Positions 1-10,103 of a stretch of 64,000 bases of DNA are shown here, in pieces. The notes beneath the pieces are model-generated. The model was not told where the DNA came from, ran no database searches, and saw only the letters and a program-made list of their open reading frames with translations. This stretch comes from an uncultured Gammaproteobacteria bacterium (lineage in GTDB: Bacteria; Patescibacteriota; Microgenomatia; JAMCZE01), in assembly GCA_964609775.1 (NCBI GenBank), contig CAZSSJ010000002.1, positions 19,260 to 83,259 on the forward strand, read 5' to 3'. The first letter of the stretch is position 1, and each line of letters begins with the position of its first letter. A program made the position numbers and the translations under genes.

Positions 1-2
1 GG

Positions 3-395
3 GACGTTATCGAACATTTTACCGACCCGGTTTCGGAAATTACAAAAGTTTATCGCACCCTAAAAAAGGGCGGAGTTTTCGCTTTTTCCACCGTCGACCC
101 TGAGAGTCTAACGGCTAAAATTAGGGGGAGTAAGTGGCCCTGGTATATGGAAATGCACCGAGTCTTATTAAGCCGGCCGGTCATTGAACGCTATCTTCGA
201 CAGTCGGGATTTAAAACAGTCTTTTTTAGGTCACATTGGCGTTTTTTTTCGTTAGGTTATGCTGCCACCAGGTGGGAAACTATCAGTCCCACACTTGCTC
301 GAATTTTGACCAGCGCAGTTAAGATTATGCACCTACAGAAAGTCTTAGTGCCGTTTTATGCTAACGATCTCTACGACTGCTATGCGTTTAAGTAG
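3..395 (+). CDS. class I SAM-dependent methyltransferase, C-terminal fragment (N-terminus lies upstream of the window)
   Basis: Frame 3 is open from nt 3 to the stop at 395. The translation DVIEHFTDPVSEITKVYRTLKKGGVFAFSTV matches the VLEHxxDP post-motif-II segment of Methyltransf_11/23-type methyltransferases. Confidence 0.55.
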   Translation, partial: DVIEHFTDPVSEITKVYRTLKKGGVFAFSTVDPESLTAKIRGSKWPWYMEMHRVLLSRPVIERYLRQSGFKTVFFRSHWRFFSLGYAATRWETISPTLARILTSAVKIMHLQKVLVPFYANDLYDCYAFK

Positions 396-1947
396 CCACC
401 AGCCAAAGCCACTGTCTCTAATTATCCTGGTAACCGTTCTCCTTGCGGCCTTCTTCCTTCGCACCTGGCCGACTCTGAGTGACACCACCCATTTTTCCTT
501 TGATCAGGGCCTGGACATGATCATGGCCAAACTGTTGATCGTCGATCACCAGATCAACTTAATCAGTCGCCACAGTGGACTTCAGGGCGTCTTGATGGGC
601 CCCCTCTGGACTTATTTTCTGGCCACCCCTTTTGCCCTTTCAGGTGGTCACCCCTCCGGCAACGTCATCTTCCTGTCTGTTTTTAATCTGGTCACCTCTG
701 TTCTGGCAACTGTGCTGGTCGGCCGGAAATTCGGCTTGACTGCCGGAGTTGTTACCGGACTTTTTTTTCTGTTCTCACCCTCCTTCATCACCGGTTCTCA
801 AGTAGTCCTTAGTCCTTATCCTCTAATACCCTTATTTATTTTTTTCCCCCTACTTGCCCACGAAACCCTAGTTAACAAAAGCAGTCGTTTCGCCTGGCTT
901 CTCATGCTGCTCTTGGGACTATACTTTCAATTCGAAGTCGGCTTTGCCATTTTTGCCCTTCTCGCTTTTGTTGTCCTTTTTGTTTTTTTCCACTCGTGGT
1001 GGCTTTTTAAAAAGCGGTCATTCTGGGCAGGCTGTGGGCTTTTTGTCTTGACATTTTTGCCCCAGATCCTTTTTGACCTTCGCCACCAATTTCTGATAAC
1101 CAGCGGTTTGTTAGCCTACTTTACTGGCAGTAATACTAGTCTTTACCAGAAGTCAGCTCCACTCATCATTCGCCTCGCTCAGCGATTATATTCATTCTAT
1201 GAAGACGCGACCGCAATGGCATTTTTTGGCCATTGGTCGGTGAATATTGCTCTTCTTCTTCTGGTGGTTTCCGGCTGGATAGTCGCTCTAAAGCATGACG
1301 CAAAAACCCATCGGAAATTTTTGCAAATGATCCTTTTGACATTGGCGTCTTTTTTTATCGGTTTTACCCTTTATCCTGGTCCGATTTGGGGTTGGTATCG
1401 AATTGGCCTACCGGCAATCTACATCTTTCTTGTTTCCATACCAACTGGCGTCCTTTGGCAGAGAATGTATCGTCTTCGGCCGTTAATTCTGATCGTTCTA
1501 ATCGCACTATTTTTGACTGGCGTCAAACCCTGGACTCTCTGGCACCTATATAAAAATCCAGGTGTTGGCGGAGTGGGGACACTCAATAATCAAAAAAAAG
1601 TCATCGACTACGTTTATTCTCAGGCAGAGGGAAAGCCGTTCAACTATCTCGTCTATACCCCGCCGGTCTATGACTACATCTGGCAATATGACTTTTGGTG
1701 GTACGGAAGACAAAAATATGGCTATCTTCCGACAAATTGGCAAATGAGTGTGCCCCTATTGGGAATCGGGGAACAATCCAAACCTCCTGCCACCAAAGAA
1801 CCTTTCTTTCTCATTATTGAGCCAAATACCGACCACCCCGACGAATCCGTCAATTGGAAGAAGACTTTAAAACTAGAGCCAGCAGATTCAAAAGCTACTC
1901 TTCCCGGAGGAATTATCGTCGAAAGTCGGCAAGGCGACAATTTATGA
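382..1947 (+). CDS. polytopic membrane protein, GT-C-like putative glycosyltransferase (family unassigned)
   Basis: Long ORF with at least 10 hydrophobic helices and an acidic first-loop motif, FDQGLDM. A C-terminal soluble domain follows. Start is ATG 382 or ATG 358, both overlapping the upstream stop. The stop at 1947 overlaps the next start as ATGA. Confidence 0.5.
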   Translation: MRLSSHQPKPLSLIILVTVLLAAFFLRTWPTLSDTTHFSFDQGLDMIMAKLLIVDHQINLISRHSGLQGVLMGPLWTYFLATPFALSGGHPSGNVIFLSVFNLVTSVLATVLVGRKFGLTAGVVTGLFFLFSPSFITGSQVVLSPYPLIPLFIFFPLLAHETLVNKSSRFAWLLMLLLGLYFQFEVGFAIFALLAFVVLFVFFHSWWLFKKRSFWAGCGLFVLTFLPQILFDLRHQFLITSGLLAYFTGSNTSLYQKSAPLIIRLAQRLYSFYEDATAMAFFGHWSVNIALLLLVVSGWIVALKHDAKTHRKFLQMILLTLASFFIGFTLYPGPIWGWYRIGLPAIYIFLVSIPTGVLWQRMYRLRPLILIVLIALFLTGVKPWTLWHLYKNPGVGGVGTLNNQKKVIDYVYSQAEGKPFNYLVYTPPVYDYIWQYDFWWYGRQKYGYLPTNWQMSVPLLGIGEQSKPPATKEPFFLIIEPNTDHPDESVNWKKTLKLEPADSKATLPGGIIVESRQGDNL

Positions 1948-4010
1948 TCGGTGACTTCCTGCCACTGCAAACAAATCTTTTACCCTATTGGTTTTTTCCC
2001 TGGAACACTAATTCCTGGTCAGGCTTTACTCCCTTTATTTTCCACAAGGAACTATTAGCTATCGACGCTCTGCGCCAGATTTTTGTCTGGAAAGAATTTG
2101 CTTTTTCCCAAATCAGACTAGGTGGGTGGCCGCTCTGGAATCCCTACAGTTTTTCCGGTCAGCCGCTTTTGGCCAATTTCCAATCCTCGGTTTTCTATCC
2201 GTTGTCTTGGTTTTTTATGTTTCTGCCGCCCATGATTGCCTGGGCGGCTTATGTTTTTAGTCAGCCGCTCCTTTTAGTCACTTTTATGTTCTTCTGGATG
2301 CGACCAAAAGTGGGTGCCGTTGCCGCCCTTTTTGCCGCCCTCGCCCTTGCAACGGCCAGTTTTTTTGCCACCCGCTATTTCTGGGGAGTCTACGTTCATT
2401 CGCTGTTATGGATTCCTCTGGGGTTAGGCCTGATTGACCGCTACAAAGAAGCCAAAATCAAAACATCATCTTTCGTCGCCTCTTTTTCCCTGGTTTGTGT
2501 CTTAACGGTTCTGGGTGGTTATCCTCAGTTTGGCTTGTACGCCATTGCCCTTTTGGGAGCGTACTATTTGTATATTTTTGGCAAAAAGCGCCTGCTCCTC
2601 TTTCTCCTTTCCCTGATTTTGGCCTTGTTAATTTCCGCCGTCCAGTTAATCCCAACAGCCGAACTATACCGCTATTCGCTTCGTGAGGGAACTGCCTCAG
2701 CCCGGACCTTTAGCGATTCCCTCTTGTCTCCGAAATACCTTGCTACCATAGTTTACCCCGACATGTTTGGCAGTCCGGCAGTTAATGACTACACTGGAGG
2801 CAAAGACTACTCTGGTGTCAACGGCTATTTTGGCGTCGTCCCCTTTCTTCTGGCTTCGGGTGCTGCTATTTTCTTACGAAGGGACAGACAAGTTAGGTTT
2901 TGGATCGCCGTTGGAGCATTGGGGCTACTTCTTGCCTACGACAATCCTTTTGCTCGGCTACCTCAGGTGTTGCCCTTGCCCATCATAAGCAGCGGGAATG
3001 CGTGGCACAACCTTTTCTTTTTTCAGTTTGCCGGTGTCGTATTAGCCACAATTCTACTTACCAGGTTACCAAAGAGAGCCATTCTCATCTGTCTCCTGTT
3101 GACAACCTTCTTAGGCTTCTATTATTCACTGAAAGTGTCACCCTTCGGACAGACCAAATATTTTTATCCTCCCCACCCTCTTCTTTCTTGGCTAAGGCAA
3201 AATGCTGGCCTAGATCGGTTTTATGGTTATCGCAGTTCCCACTTTCTTTCTAATCTTTCCACCTACTATCGCATCTATAGTCCCGAGGGCTATGACAGTC
3301 TTTGGCCGTCTTGGTACGGAGAGTTACTTTCCTCCGCTGACAGAGGTAAAGTTCCTCCGGAAGTAAATCGGGCGGATGTCTCCGTGACTGATTGGGACAC
3401 TTCCTACCGGCGTAAATTGCTAAATCTTCTGGGGGTCAAATATTTTTTAGACAAATCTGATAAACCCGGCGGCGACCAAGGTCCAAACCTGGCCAAGTAC
3501 CCGGCCGGGCAATTTGTCTTAAGGAAACAATGGGGAGAAGTGTCCATCTATGAAAACAAAGAGGCCTTGCCGAGAGCTTTTTTGGCAGACGGCGTCATCT
3601 CTGCCCCAAAATCGGAAGTCATCGAGAAAATCTATTCTTTGCCCTCGCTTCGGACCATCATCTTGGATTCACCACCCGGCCTGGGGTCAAAAAAACTGAC
3701 CACCGGATCAGCGAGTATTAAAAAATATCTTCCCAATGAGGTAATCGTGACCACCAATTCCCCTGGTAATTCCCTCCTCTTTTTATCCGATACCTACTTC
3801 CCCGGTTGGGATGCTTTCGTAGACGGCCACAAAGCAAAAATCCTTCGGGCTGACTATGCCTTTCGGGCAGTCCCTGTTCCTCCCGGAAAAAATGAAGTAA
3901 GATTCATATATCAACCAAAATCATTTTTTCTTGGGATTTCTATGAGTTTATTAGGGAGCGCGATCTGGCTATGGCTGTTGTTAAAAAATTTTTTCAAGAA
4001 AACTGGCTAG
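1944..4010 (+). CDS. YfhO-family membrane protein (paralog 1 of 4), putative lipid-linked-glycan transferase
   Basis: N-terminal motif FPWNTNSWSGF...WPLWNPYSFSGQPLLANFQSSVFYP is typical of the YfhO family. The C-terminal module is LFLSDTYFPGWDAFVDGHKAKILRADYAFRAVPVPPGKNEVRFIYQP. ATGA overlap with the upstream gene. Confidence 0.8.
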   Translation: MIGDFLPLQTNLLPYWFFPWNTNSWSGFTPFIFHKELLAIDALRQIFVWKEFAFSQIRLGGWPLWNPYSFSGQPLLANFQSSVFYPLSWFFMFLPPMIAWAAYVFSQPLLLVTFMFFWMRPKVGAVAALFAALALATASFFATRYFWGVYVHSLLWIPLGLGLIDRYKEAKIKTSSFVASFSLVCVLTVLGGYPQFGLYAIALLGAYYLYIFGKKRLLLFLLSLILALLISAVQLIPTAELYRYSLREGTASARTFSDSLLSPKYLATIVYPDMFGSPAVNDYTGGKDYSGVNGYFGVVPFLLASGAAIFLRRDRQVRFWIAVGALGLLLAYDNPFARLPQVLPLPIISSGNAWHNLFFFQFAGVVLATILLTRLPKRAILICLLLTTFLGFYYSLKVSPFGQTKYFYPPHPLLSWLRQNAGLDRFYGYRSSHFLSNLSTYYRIYSPEGYDSLWPSWYGELLSSADRGKVPPEVNRADVSVTDWDTSYRRKLLNLLGVKYFLDKSDKPGGDQGPNLAKYPAGQFVLRKQWGEVSIYENKEALPRAFLADGVISAPKSEVIEKIYSLPSLRTIILDSPPGLGSKKLTTGSASIKKYLPNEVIVTTNSPGNSLLFLSDTYFPGWDAFVDGHKAKILRADYAFRAVPVPPGKNEVRFIYQPKSFFLGISMSLLGSAIWLWLLLKNFFKKTG

Positions 4011-6325
4011 TCATCTTTGCTCTGGGTGTCTCCAATCTTGTTTCTTTTTGGCAATTCTACCTTAAGGGTTTGTTACCCTTTCCCGGGGACCTTCTAGTTT
4101 CCTTTTTCTTTCCTTGGAACTCTGGAGGGTTTGTGGGCTTTGATTCCTGGACCACCCACAAGGAATACATCGCCTCCGACGCTCTCCGTGCCCTTTTCCC
4201 CTGGAAGGTCGAAGTCATCCGTCAATTCTTAAGCGGCAATTTTCCTTTGTGGAACCCCTTCAACTTTGCTGGTACACCGCTTCTGGCTGATTTCCAGTCC
4301 GGAGCCTTTTTTCCCACTAATCTTCTTTACGCCTTTCTGCCTCCTCTCACCGTCTGGATTCTCCAAGTGCTAGTTCTCTTGAGTCTGTTTGCCTTTTTTT
4401 CCTATCTGTTCCTGCGTGCCCTCAAACTCTCACCACTTGCCAGTGCTTTTGGAGCTGTTGTTTTGTCGAATTTACCCTATTTGGTCAACTGGCACGAGAT
4501 CCTCGTCGTGACGCAAAGTGCCCTCTTCTTGCCTCTGGATTTGTACCTACTTGAGAAATTTGCTCAAACAAAAAAAACTATTTATCTTTTTTTTCTGCCC
4601 CTTTTTTTGGCCTTCGCAATTTTTGCTGGCCATCCCCAGACAATCATTATGGTCTTCTTTCTCATCGGAAGTTATGCTCTTTTCCGCCGCTTGTCTTTGG
4701 GCAGAATTTTCCTAATTTTCGTAATCTCACTTCTTTTGGGTGCTGTCCAGTTGTTGCCGTCCTGGCAGTTTTATGAATTCTCGGCCCGGGAAGCAGGAGA
4801 CACGGCTAAACTTTTCCTTGACCACCTCTTCCCGTGGCGAAACGTAATAACCGCCCTAGCTCCGGATTTCTTTGGCAATCCGGTGACCGGAAACTTTTGG
4901 GGGTGGGATTATCACAACTCTCTTGCTTATATTGGTGTGACCGCTTTGTTCCTGGCCCTGTTTTCGTTCTTTTGGCAGTCCAGGAGAAGAGAGGTTGGCT
5001 TTTTTGCCCTGCTGGCACTTATTGGCTTGTTGCTGGCCACCTCTCCACTGGCCAACATTTTTCTCTTCTTTAAAATCCCGATTCTCTCCACCGGCATTGC
5101 CGCCAGGAATATTTTTTTCTGGCAGTTTTCTTTGGGAGTTCTCTCCGCTTTTGGTTTGGACTATCTCCTAAATAAGGTCCGACAAAGCAGGTCTCGGTGG
5201 CATTTTGCCCCCCTAATATTTCTTCTAGTTTTATATCTACTGCTTTGGGTTGTTGTCCTCACAAGCTCTTCCCCGGAGTTTCTTATAAGTCGCCATAATC
5301 TGATTCTCCCCACGGCCATCTTTATCCTGACAGCCATCCTGATTCTCGGCGTCATTGTCCAGCCAAAAATAGGAAAATATCTTCTCTTTGTGCTTTTAGC
5401 ATTGGCAATCTTTGAACAGGGGCGCTATTTTAATAAAATCGAACCCTTCGCTAGCCCCGCCTTTGTCTTTCCCGACCACCCGGTCCTGACTTTTTTGCAG
5501 GAAAATGCCGGAACCAACCGCTTTATCGGAGCAGGGACAGCCAAAATTGATAGCAACTTTGCCACCTACTACCGCATTTTTGACCCCCAGGGCTATGACC
5601 CACTCTATCTTCTTCGCTATGGCCAGCTGCTCGCGGCCTCAAAAAATGGCGGTAAAAAAGCGCCTGTCATCTCCCGGGCTGATGCGATGATCGCCAATTT
5701 GGACCGAAATGATGGCTTTAAAGACCGCTTACTCGATATTTTGGGAGTCAAATACGTCCTCGATAATGAAAATATGTCTGTCGCCAGAGACTGGGAACCG
5801 GGGACTCTTGAGACTGCAAACAACCGCCATCTGCTTGTTTGGCAGCAAGAGAACAAGTGGAAAATTTACGAGCGACAAACCGCCCTCCCCCGAACCTTTT
5901 TGGCCGGAAGCTATGAAGTTGCCTCCTCTGATGAGGCAATTTTGGCACGTCTCTTTGATCCAGACTTTGCTGCTCAAGACAAAATTATCTTGGAAAAAGA
6001 TCCCGGTTTTCCAATCACCAATCAAGGCTCTGCCGAGGCAGTAATCACTCATTATTCTCCCAATACCGTCACGATTCAGACCCGTTCCGACCACCCTCGG
6101 CTGCTTTTTCTTTCGGATAATTACTATCACGGTTGGCTAGCAACCCTTGACGGCCAAAAGGCGGAGATTTTTCGGGCTAACTACACTTTTCGCGCCGTTG
6201 CCGCCCCTTCCGGATCGCACGTGGTGGAATTTAGATATAGTCCGGAGTCATTTCGCCTTGGACTAGTTGTCAGCGTTCTGGGTTTGCTGCTATGGCTAAA
6301 ATTTTTGCGACCAACAAGAAGCTAA
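3971..6325 (+). CDS. YfhO-family membrane protein (paralog 2)
   Basis: Motif LLPFPGDLLVSFFFPWNSGGF...WNPFNFAGTPLLADFQSGAFFP and C-terminal YYHGWLATLDGQKAEIFRANYTFRAV. Overlaps the upstream gene by 40 nt. Confidence 0.8.
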   Translation: MAVVKKFFQENWLVIFALGVSNLVSFWQFYLKGLLPFPGDLLVSFFFPWNSGGFVGFDSWTTHKEYIASDALRALFPWKVEVIRQFLSGNFPLWNPFNFAGTPLLADFQSGAFFPTNLLYAFLPPLTVWILQVLVLLSLFAFFSYLFLRALKLSPLASAFGAVVLSNLPYLVNWHEILVVTQSALFLPLDLYLLEKFAQTKKTIYLFFLPLFLAFAIFAGHPQTIIMVFFLIGSYALFRRLSLGRIFLIFVISLLLGAVQLLPSWQFYEFSAREAGDTAKLFLDHLFPWRNVITALAPDFFGNPVTGNFWGWDYHNSLAYIGVTALFLALFSFFWQSRRREVGFFALLALIGLLLATSPLANIFLFFKIPILSTGIAARNIFFWQFSLGVLSAFGLDYLLNKVRQSRSRWHFAPLIFLLVLYLLLWVVVLTSSSPEFLISRHNLILPTAIFILTAILILGVIVQPKIGKYLLFVLLALAIFEQGRYFNKIEPFASPAFVFPDHPVLTFLQENAGTNRFIGAGTAKIDSNFATYYRIFDPQGYDPLYLLRYGQLLAASKNGGKKAPVISRADAMIANLDRNDGFKDRLLDILGVKYVLDNENMSVARDWEPGTLETANNRHLLVWQQENKWKIYERQTALPRTFLAGSYEVASSDEAILARLFDPDFAAQDKIILEKDPGFPITNQGSAEAVITHYSPNTVTIQTRSDHPRLLFLSDNYYHGWLATLDGQKAEIFRANYTFRAVAAPSGSHVVEFRYSPESFRLGLVVSVLGLLLWLKFLRPTRS

Positions 6326-8616
6326 TTCTGGTTTTCCTGTGCCTGTTAGCGGCCAATGTTGCAATTTTCTGGCAGTTCTATTTTCGTGGACTTTTGCCCT
6401 TTCCCGGCGATCTACTGGTGTCATTTTTCTTTCCCTGGAACTCTGGCGGCTTTGCCAATTTTGATCAGTGGACCACTCACAAAGAAGTCATCGCCGCCGA
6501 TGTCATTCGGCAAATGTATCCTTGGAAAGCCCTCCTAGTCAACGCCGTAAAGAACGGCACCTGGCCTCTGTGGAACCCCTACAATTTTTCTGGAACTCCG
6601 CTTCTGGCTAATCTTCAGTCATCCGTTTTCTTTCCGGCCAATGTTGTTTTTCTCTTTTTGCCCCGGCTTGTTTCCTGGATCAGTCTCGTCATTTTTCTCC
6701 CCCTCATTTTTTCCATTTTTTGCTATCTCTTTTTACGCTCTTTAAACATTAGCCGGCTCGCCAGTCTCCTCGGAGCAATCATCCTGTCAAATATTTCTTA
6801 TTTGCTCGTCTGGTCAGAGCAATTGGTCTTTATTCAAAGTGTTCTTTTCCTGCCACTCTCCCTGTTGCTAATTAATTATTATTCAGTTTCAAAAAAACCA
6901 CTTCTTCTCCTCCTTTTGCCCCTAACCTTATCTTTTGCCGTTTTTGGCGGTCACATCCAAACAGTTGTCTATGTTTGTGTTGTGGTAACTTTATATGCCC
7001 TTTTCCGCCGCCTGCCAATCAAATACCTTTTTATCATCGCTCTTTCGACCATAGGCCTGTCATCACTACAACTTCTTCCTTCTCTCGAACTGTATCTCTA
7101 TTCAGCTCGCGAGGGAAATGCCTCTGCCCAGTTGTTTCTTGAATCTGTCCTTCCGATCCAAAATCTCGCCACCATTCTTGCTCCGGATTTCTTCGGCAAC
7201 CCCGCCACCGGCAATTTTTTCGGCTCTGACTATGGCAATAATCAGGTCTATTTCGGAGTATTGGCAGCATTTTTTTCCGTCGTTGGACTTTATTACGGAC
7301 TGAAGGGAAAAAAGAGTTTGACGCTTTTTTTTGCTCTCGTTGGCCTAGGAGGTCTGGTGTTTTCTCTAGATCCTTTTGCTCGCTTGTTTCTTGTTTTTAA
7401 AATCCCGGTTCTTTCTTCAGCGGTCGCTGCCCGAGGAATTTTCATTTTTCAATTTTGTTTTGCCGTCGTGGCCGCTTTGGGAATTGATCAATTTCTGGCA
7501 AACACAAGGAAACGAGCAATAATTACTATTTTTTTCCTCTTTCTCGGCTTCTACCTGCTCCTATATTTTTCCACCAAGTTAATTCCCAATCACGCCACTA
7601 TTGCTCAAAAGAACCTAGTTCTGCCCTTGCTGGTCCTACTTTCCACTGGTGTGACCGCCTTTCTCTCCCGTTTTCGAAGGCAAGCAGCCGTTGTTCTCAT
7701 TCTAATTGCCACTTTGGAATATGCTTATTTTTTCAACAAATTTGCCCCCTTCGCCAGGAGAGAGTTTGTCTTTCCTGGGCATCCGGTTTTCAATTTTTTG
7801 ACGACGCGGGCGGAAGTTGACCGGTTTTACGGCTTCGGGACAGCCTATGTTGACAATAATTTTGCCTCCTACTACCGCGTCTTTTCCGCCGAGGGCTATG
7901 ACTCGCTATATATCAAGCGCTATGGTGAACTTCTCGCCTCCACCAAAAACGGCCAACTTCCCCCAGATGTTCCCCGTTCTGACGCCCTCTTTACAAGTCA
8001 AGACAACGTCTTCCGTAACCGGCTCTTTGATCTTTTAGGCGTCAAGTATATCCTTGATAAAAATGATAATCCCCAGTCAAATTGGGAACCGGAGAATGAC
8101 AAATTCCCCGAGGAGCGCTATAAGCTTGTCTGGCAGAAACTGAAATGGAAAGCCTATGAGAGAAAAACCGCCTTGCCTCGGGTATTTCTCGCCGATTCAT
8201 TCCTCGTTACCAATTCCGACCAGCTGATATTGTCAAAAATGTTTGACCCCCGATTCGATCTGGCAGCCACCGTGATCCTTGAAAAGAACCCCCCTTGGGA
8301 ACTTGCTCCGGGAGGGAAAAGTGAGGCAAAAATGAGCAACTACCGGGAAAACATGGTTGTCATTGAGACACAAGCTGACAAACCCAAAGCACTTTTCTTA
8401 TCAGATACCTACTACCCCGGTTGGAAAGCTACTCTTGATGGAAAACCAATAGATATCTATCGAGCCGATTATATTTTTAGATCCGTCATGGTTCCGTCTG
8501 GAAAACATACTGTCATTTTTAACTACGATCCTGAAACTTTTAAATTTGGGCTTGCCCTTTCAGGATTATCAGCCGCTCTTCTCTTGATAACCATCTTGCG
8601 AAAATCGCATCCATGA
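6292..8616 (+). CDS. YfhO-family membrane protein (paralog 3)
   Basis: The N-terminal 50 aa are almost identical to paralog 2: LLPFPGDLLVSFFFPWNSGGFANFDQWTTHKE. C-terminal YYPGWKATLDGKPIDIYRADYIFRSVMVPSGKHTV. Confidence 0.8.
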   Translation: MAKIFATNKKLILVFLCLLAANVAIFWQFYFRGLLPFPGDLLVSFFFPWNSGGFANFDQWTTHKEVIAADVIRQMYPWKALLVNAVKNGTWPLWNPYNFSGTPLLANLQSSVFFPANVVFLFLPRLVSWISLVIFLPLIFSIFCYLFLRSLNISRLASLLGAIILSNISYLLVWSEQLVFIQSVLFLPLSLLLINYYSVSKKPLLLLLLPLTLSFAVFGGHIQTVVYVCVVVTLYALFRRLPIKYLFIIALSTIGLSSLQLLPSLELYLYSAREGNASAQLFLESVLPIQNLATILAPDFFGNPATGNFFGSDYGNNQVYFGVLAAFFSVVGLYYGLKGKKSLTLFFALVGLGGLVFSLDPFARLFLVFKIPVLSSAVAARGIFIFQFCFAVVAALGIDQFLANTRKRAIITIFFLFLGFYLLLYFSTKLIPNHATIAQKNLVLPLLVLLSTGVTAFLSRFRRQAAVVLILIATLEYAYFFNKFAPFARREFVFPGHPVFNFLTTRAEVDRFYGFGTAYVDNNFASYYRVFSAEGYDSLYIKRYGELLASTKNGQLPPDVPRSDALFTSQDNVFRNRLFDLLGVKYILDKNDNPQSNWEPENDKFPEERYKLVWQKLKWKAYERKTALPRVFLADSFLVTNSDQLILSKMFDPRFDLAATVILEKNPPWELAPGGKSEAKMSNYRENMVVIETQADKPKALFLSDTYYPGWKATLDGKPIDIYRADYIFRSVMVPSGKHTVIFNYDPETFKFGLALSGLSAALLLITILRKSHP

Positions 8617-10103
8617 CCAAAAATACTTTCTTTTTTCTCATTATCCTCCTCCTCCTGCTCATCCCCATTGTCGTCCCTCTTGTCCAGCCCGGTTTCTTTG
8701 TCTCTGATGATGGCGACTGGATGGTTATCAGGCTATCCGCTTTCCACGAAACCCTCAAAACCGGCCAGTTCCCGGTTCGCTTTTTAGAAAGGCTCAATCA
8801 TGGCTACGGCTACCCGGTGACTGACTTTCTTTATCCTCTACCTTTCTATTTGGGAGAAATAATCCATCTCCTGGGCTTCAATTTTGTCGATTCAGTAAAA
8901 ATTCTTTTTGGCATGAGTTTTCTTCTCGGGGCTTTTTCCATGTTTTTCTACGCCAAAGATAAGTGGGGGAATCAGATAGGAATTATTGCTGCCGTTTTTT
9001 ACACTTATTTTCCCTACCGAATTTTTGACGTCTACAAACGTGGCTCGCTGGGAGAATCAGTCGCTTTTGTCTTTATCCCTCTGGTCTTTCTTTTTTATGA
9101 CCGCTTAGTCACCACCAAAAATCTAATATATCTTTCGTTTGGCGCTCTAGCCACAGCAGCCATGATAACCTCTCACAATACCGTTGCTTTTCTTACGTTA
9201 CTTGTCCTCATCGCATATATAACTACTAATCTTTTCTCAAAGACCGAAAAAAAATGGCTAATACTGTCCTCTATGTCTTATCTTGGTCTCTCTTTGACTC
9301 TTTCCGCCTTTTTTGTTATTCCGGCCCTTGTTGACCTCCAGTTCACTAAGACAAGGTTAATCACAATTTCTGATCCAACACGGTTCTTTCTTTCGTTAGA
9401 CAATCTTTTAAGTCTAGCCGGCATCCCAATAATGTTGATCACCGGTGCAGCCATACACCTAATTCGTAAGGGATCACGCGGGGTGGTATTTTGGACAGCT
9501 ATATCAATAGTCTCAATCCTGATGGCCATGTCCGTTTCTGATGTCCTTTGGGCAAATCTATCGTCACTTTCTAAACTAGTCCAATTTCCTTGGCGCTTTC
9601 TTTCGATTACGGCTCTAGCCGGAGCAATCTTAACCGGATTTTTGTTAAGCCACTACAGAATCAAGATATTATTCCCCCTCCTCATAATCTTGCCTGTCAT
9701 TTTCTCAGGAATATTGACACTAAAAATAGACAGAACTTTTCACCCAGAAAGCTATTACACTACCAACGACGACAGCACTACTGTCAAGAACGAATATATG
9801 CCCATTTGGGTAAAAAAAGACCCCACCAACCTTCCTAAGGAAAAAATTGCCTGGATAGACTCAAATCTTGTTCGAGTCAACACTGTATACTTCCCCGGTT
9901 GGGCAGCCTATGTCAATGGGCAAGAAAGGGAAATAATCTACCAGGACGATGGCCTAATCAAATTCGCTGCCCGACCAGACGACAAAATTGAACTTCGCTT
10001 TGAAGAAACTCCACTGCGGGCGGAAGCTAACCTTGTCACCATTTTGGGAATCTTCCTGGCCTTGGCTTTAATACTTTTGCCCCCCAAAAGTCAAATCACA
10101 TGA
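8613..10103 (+). CDS. YfhO-related polytopic membrane protein (H-D...H...R / GQFP-RW family, possibly PTPS-related type), paralog A
   Basis: Motif FVSDDGDWMVIRLSAFHETLKTGQFPVRF...GYGYPVTDFLYPLPFYLGE, with more than 10 TM helices. The C-terminal YFPGWAAYVNGQERE module is shared with YfhO proteins. ATGA overlap upstream. Confidence 0.6.
   Translation: MTKNTFFFLIILLLLLIPIVVPLVQPGFFVSDDGDWMVIRLSAFHETLKTGQFPVRFLERLNHGYGYPVTDFLYPLPFYLGEIIHLLGFNFVDSVKILFGMSFLLGAFSMFFYAKDKWGNQIGIIAAVFYTYFPYRIFDVYKRGSLGESVAFVFIPLVFLFYDRLVTTKNLIYLSFGALATAAMITSHNTVAFLTLLVLIAYITTNLFSKTEKKWLILSSMSYLGLSLTLSAFFVIPALVDLQFTKTRLITISDPTRFFLSLDNLLSLAGIPIMLITGAAIHLIRKGSRGVVFWTAISIVSILMAMSVSDVLWANLSSLSKLVQFPWRFLSITALAGAILTGFLLSHYRIKILFPLLIILPVIFSGILTLKIDRTFHPESYYTTNDDSTTVKNEYMPIWVKKDPTNLPKEKIAWIDSNLVRVNTVYFPGWAAYVNGQEREIIYQDDGLIKFAARPDDKIELRFEETPLRAEANLVTILGIFLALALILLPPKSQIT

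Noticed and set aside
147-395. 82-aa ORF starting at ATG 147 as a complete small protein
   Set aside because: The frame is open back to nt 3 and the upstream translation continues a methyltransferase fold (DVIEHFTDP), so it is the C-terminal part of a gene truncated by the window edge.
5729-6130. 133-aa minus-strand ORF within YfhO paralog 2
   Set aside because: Antisense shadow ORF. No motifs.
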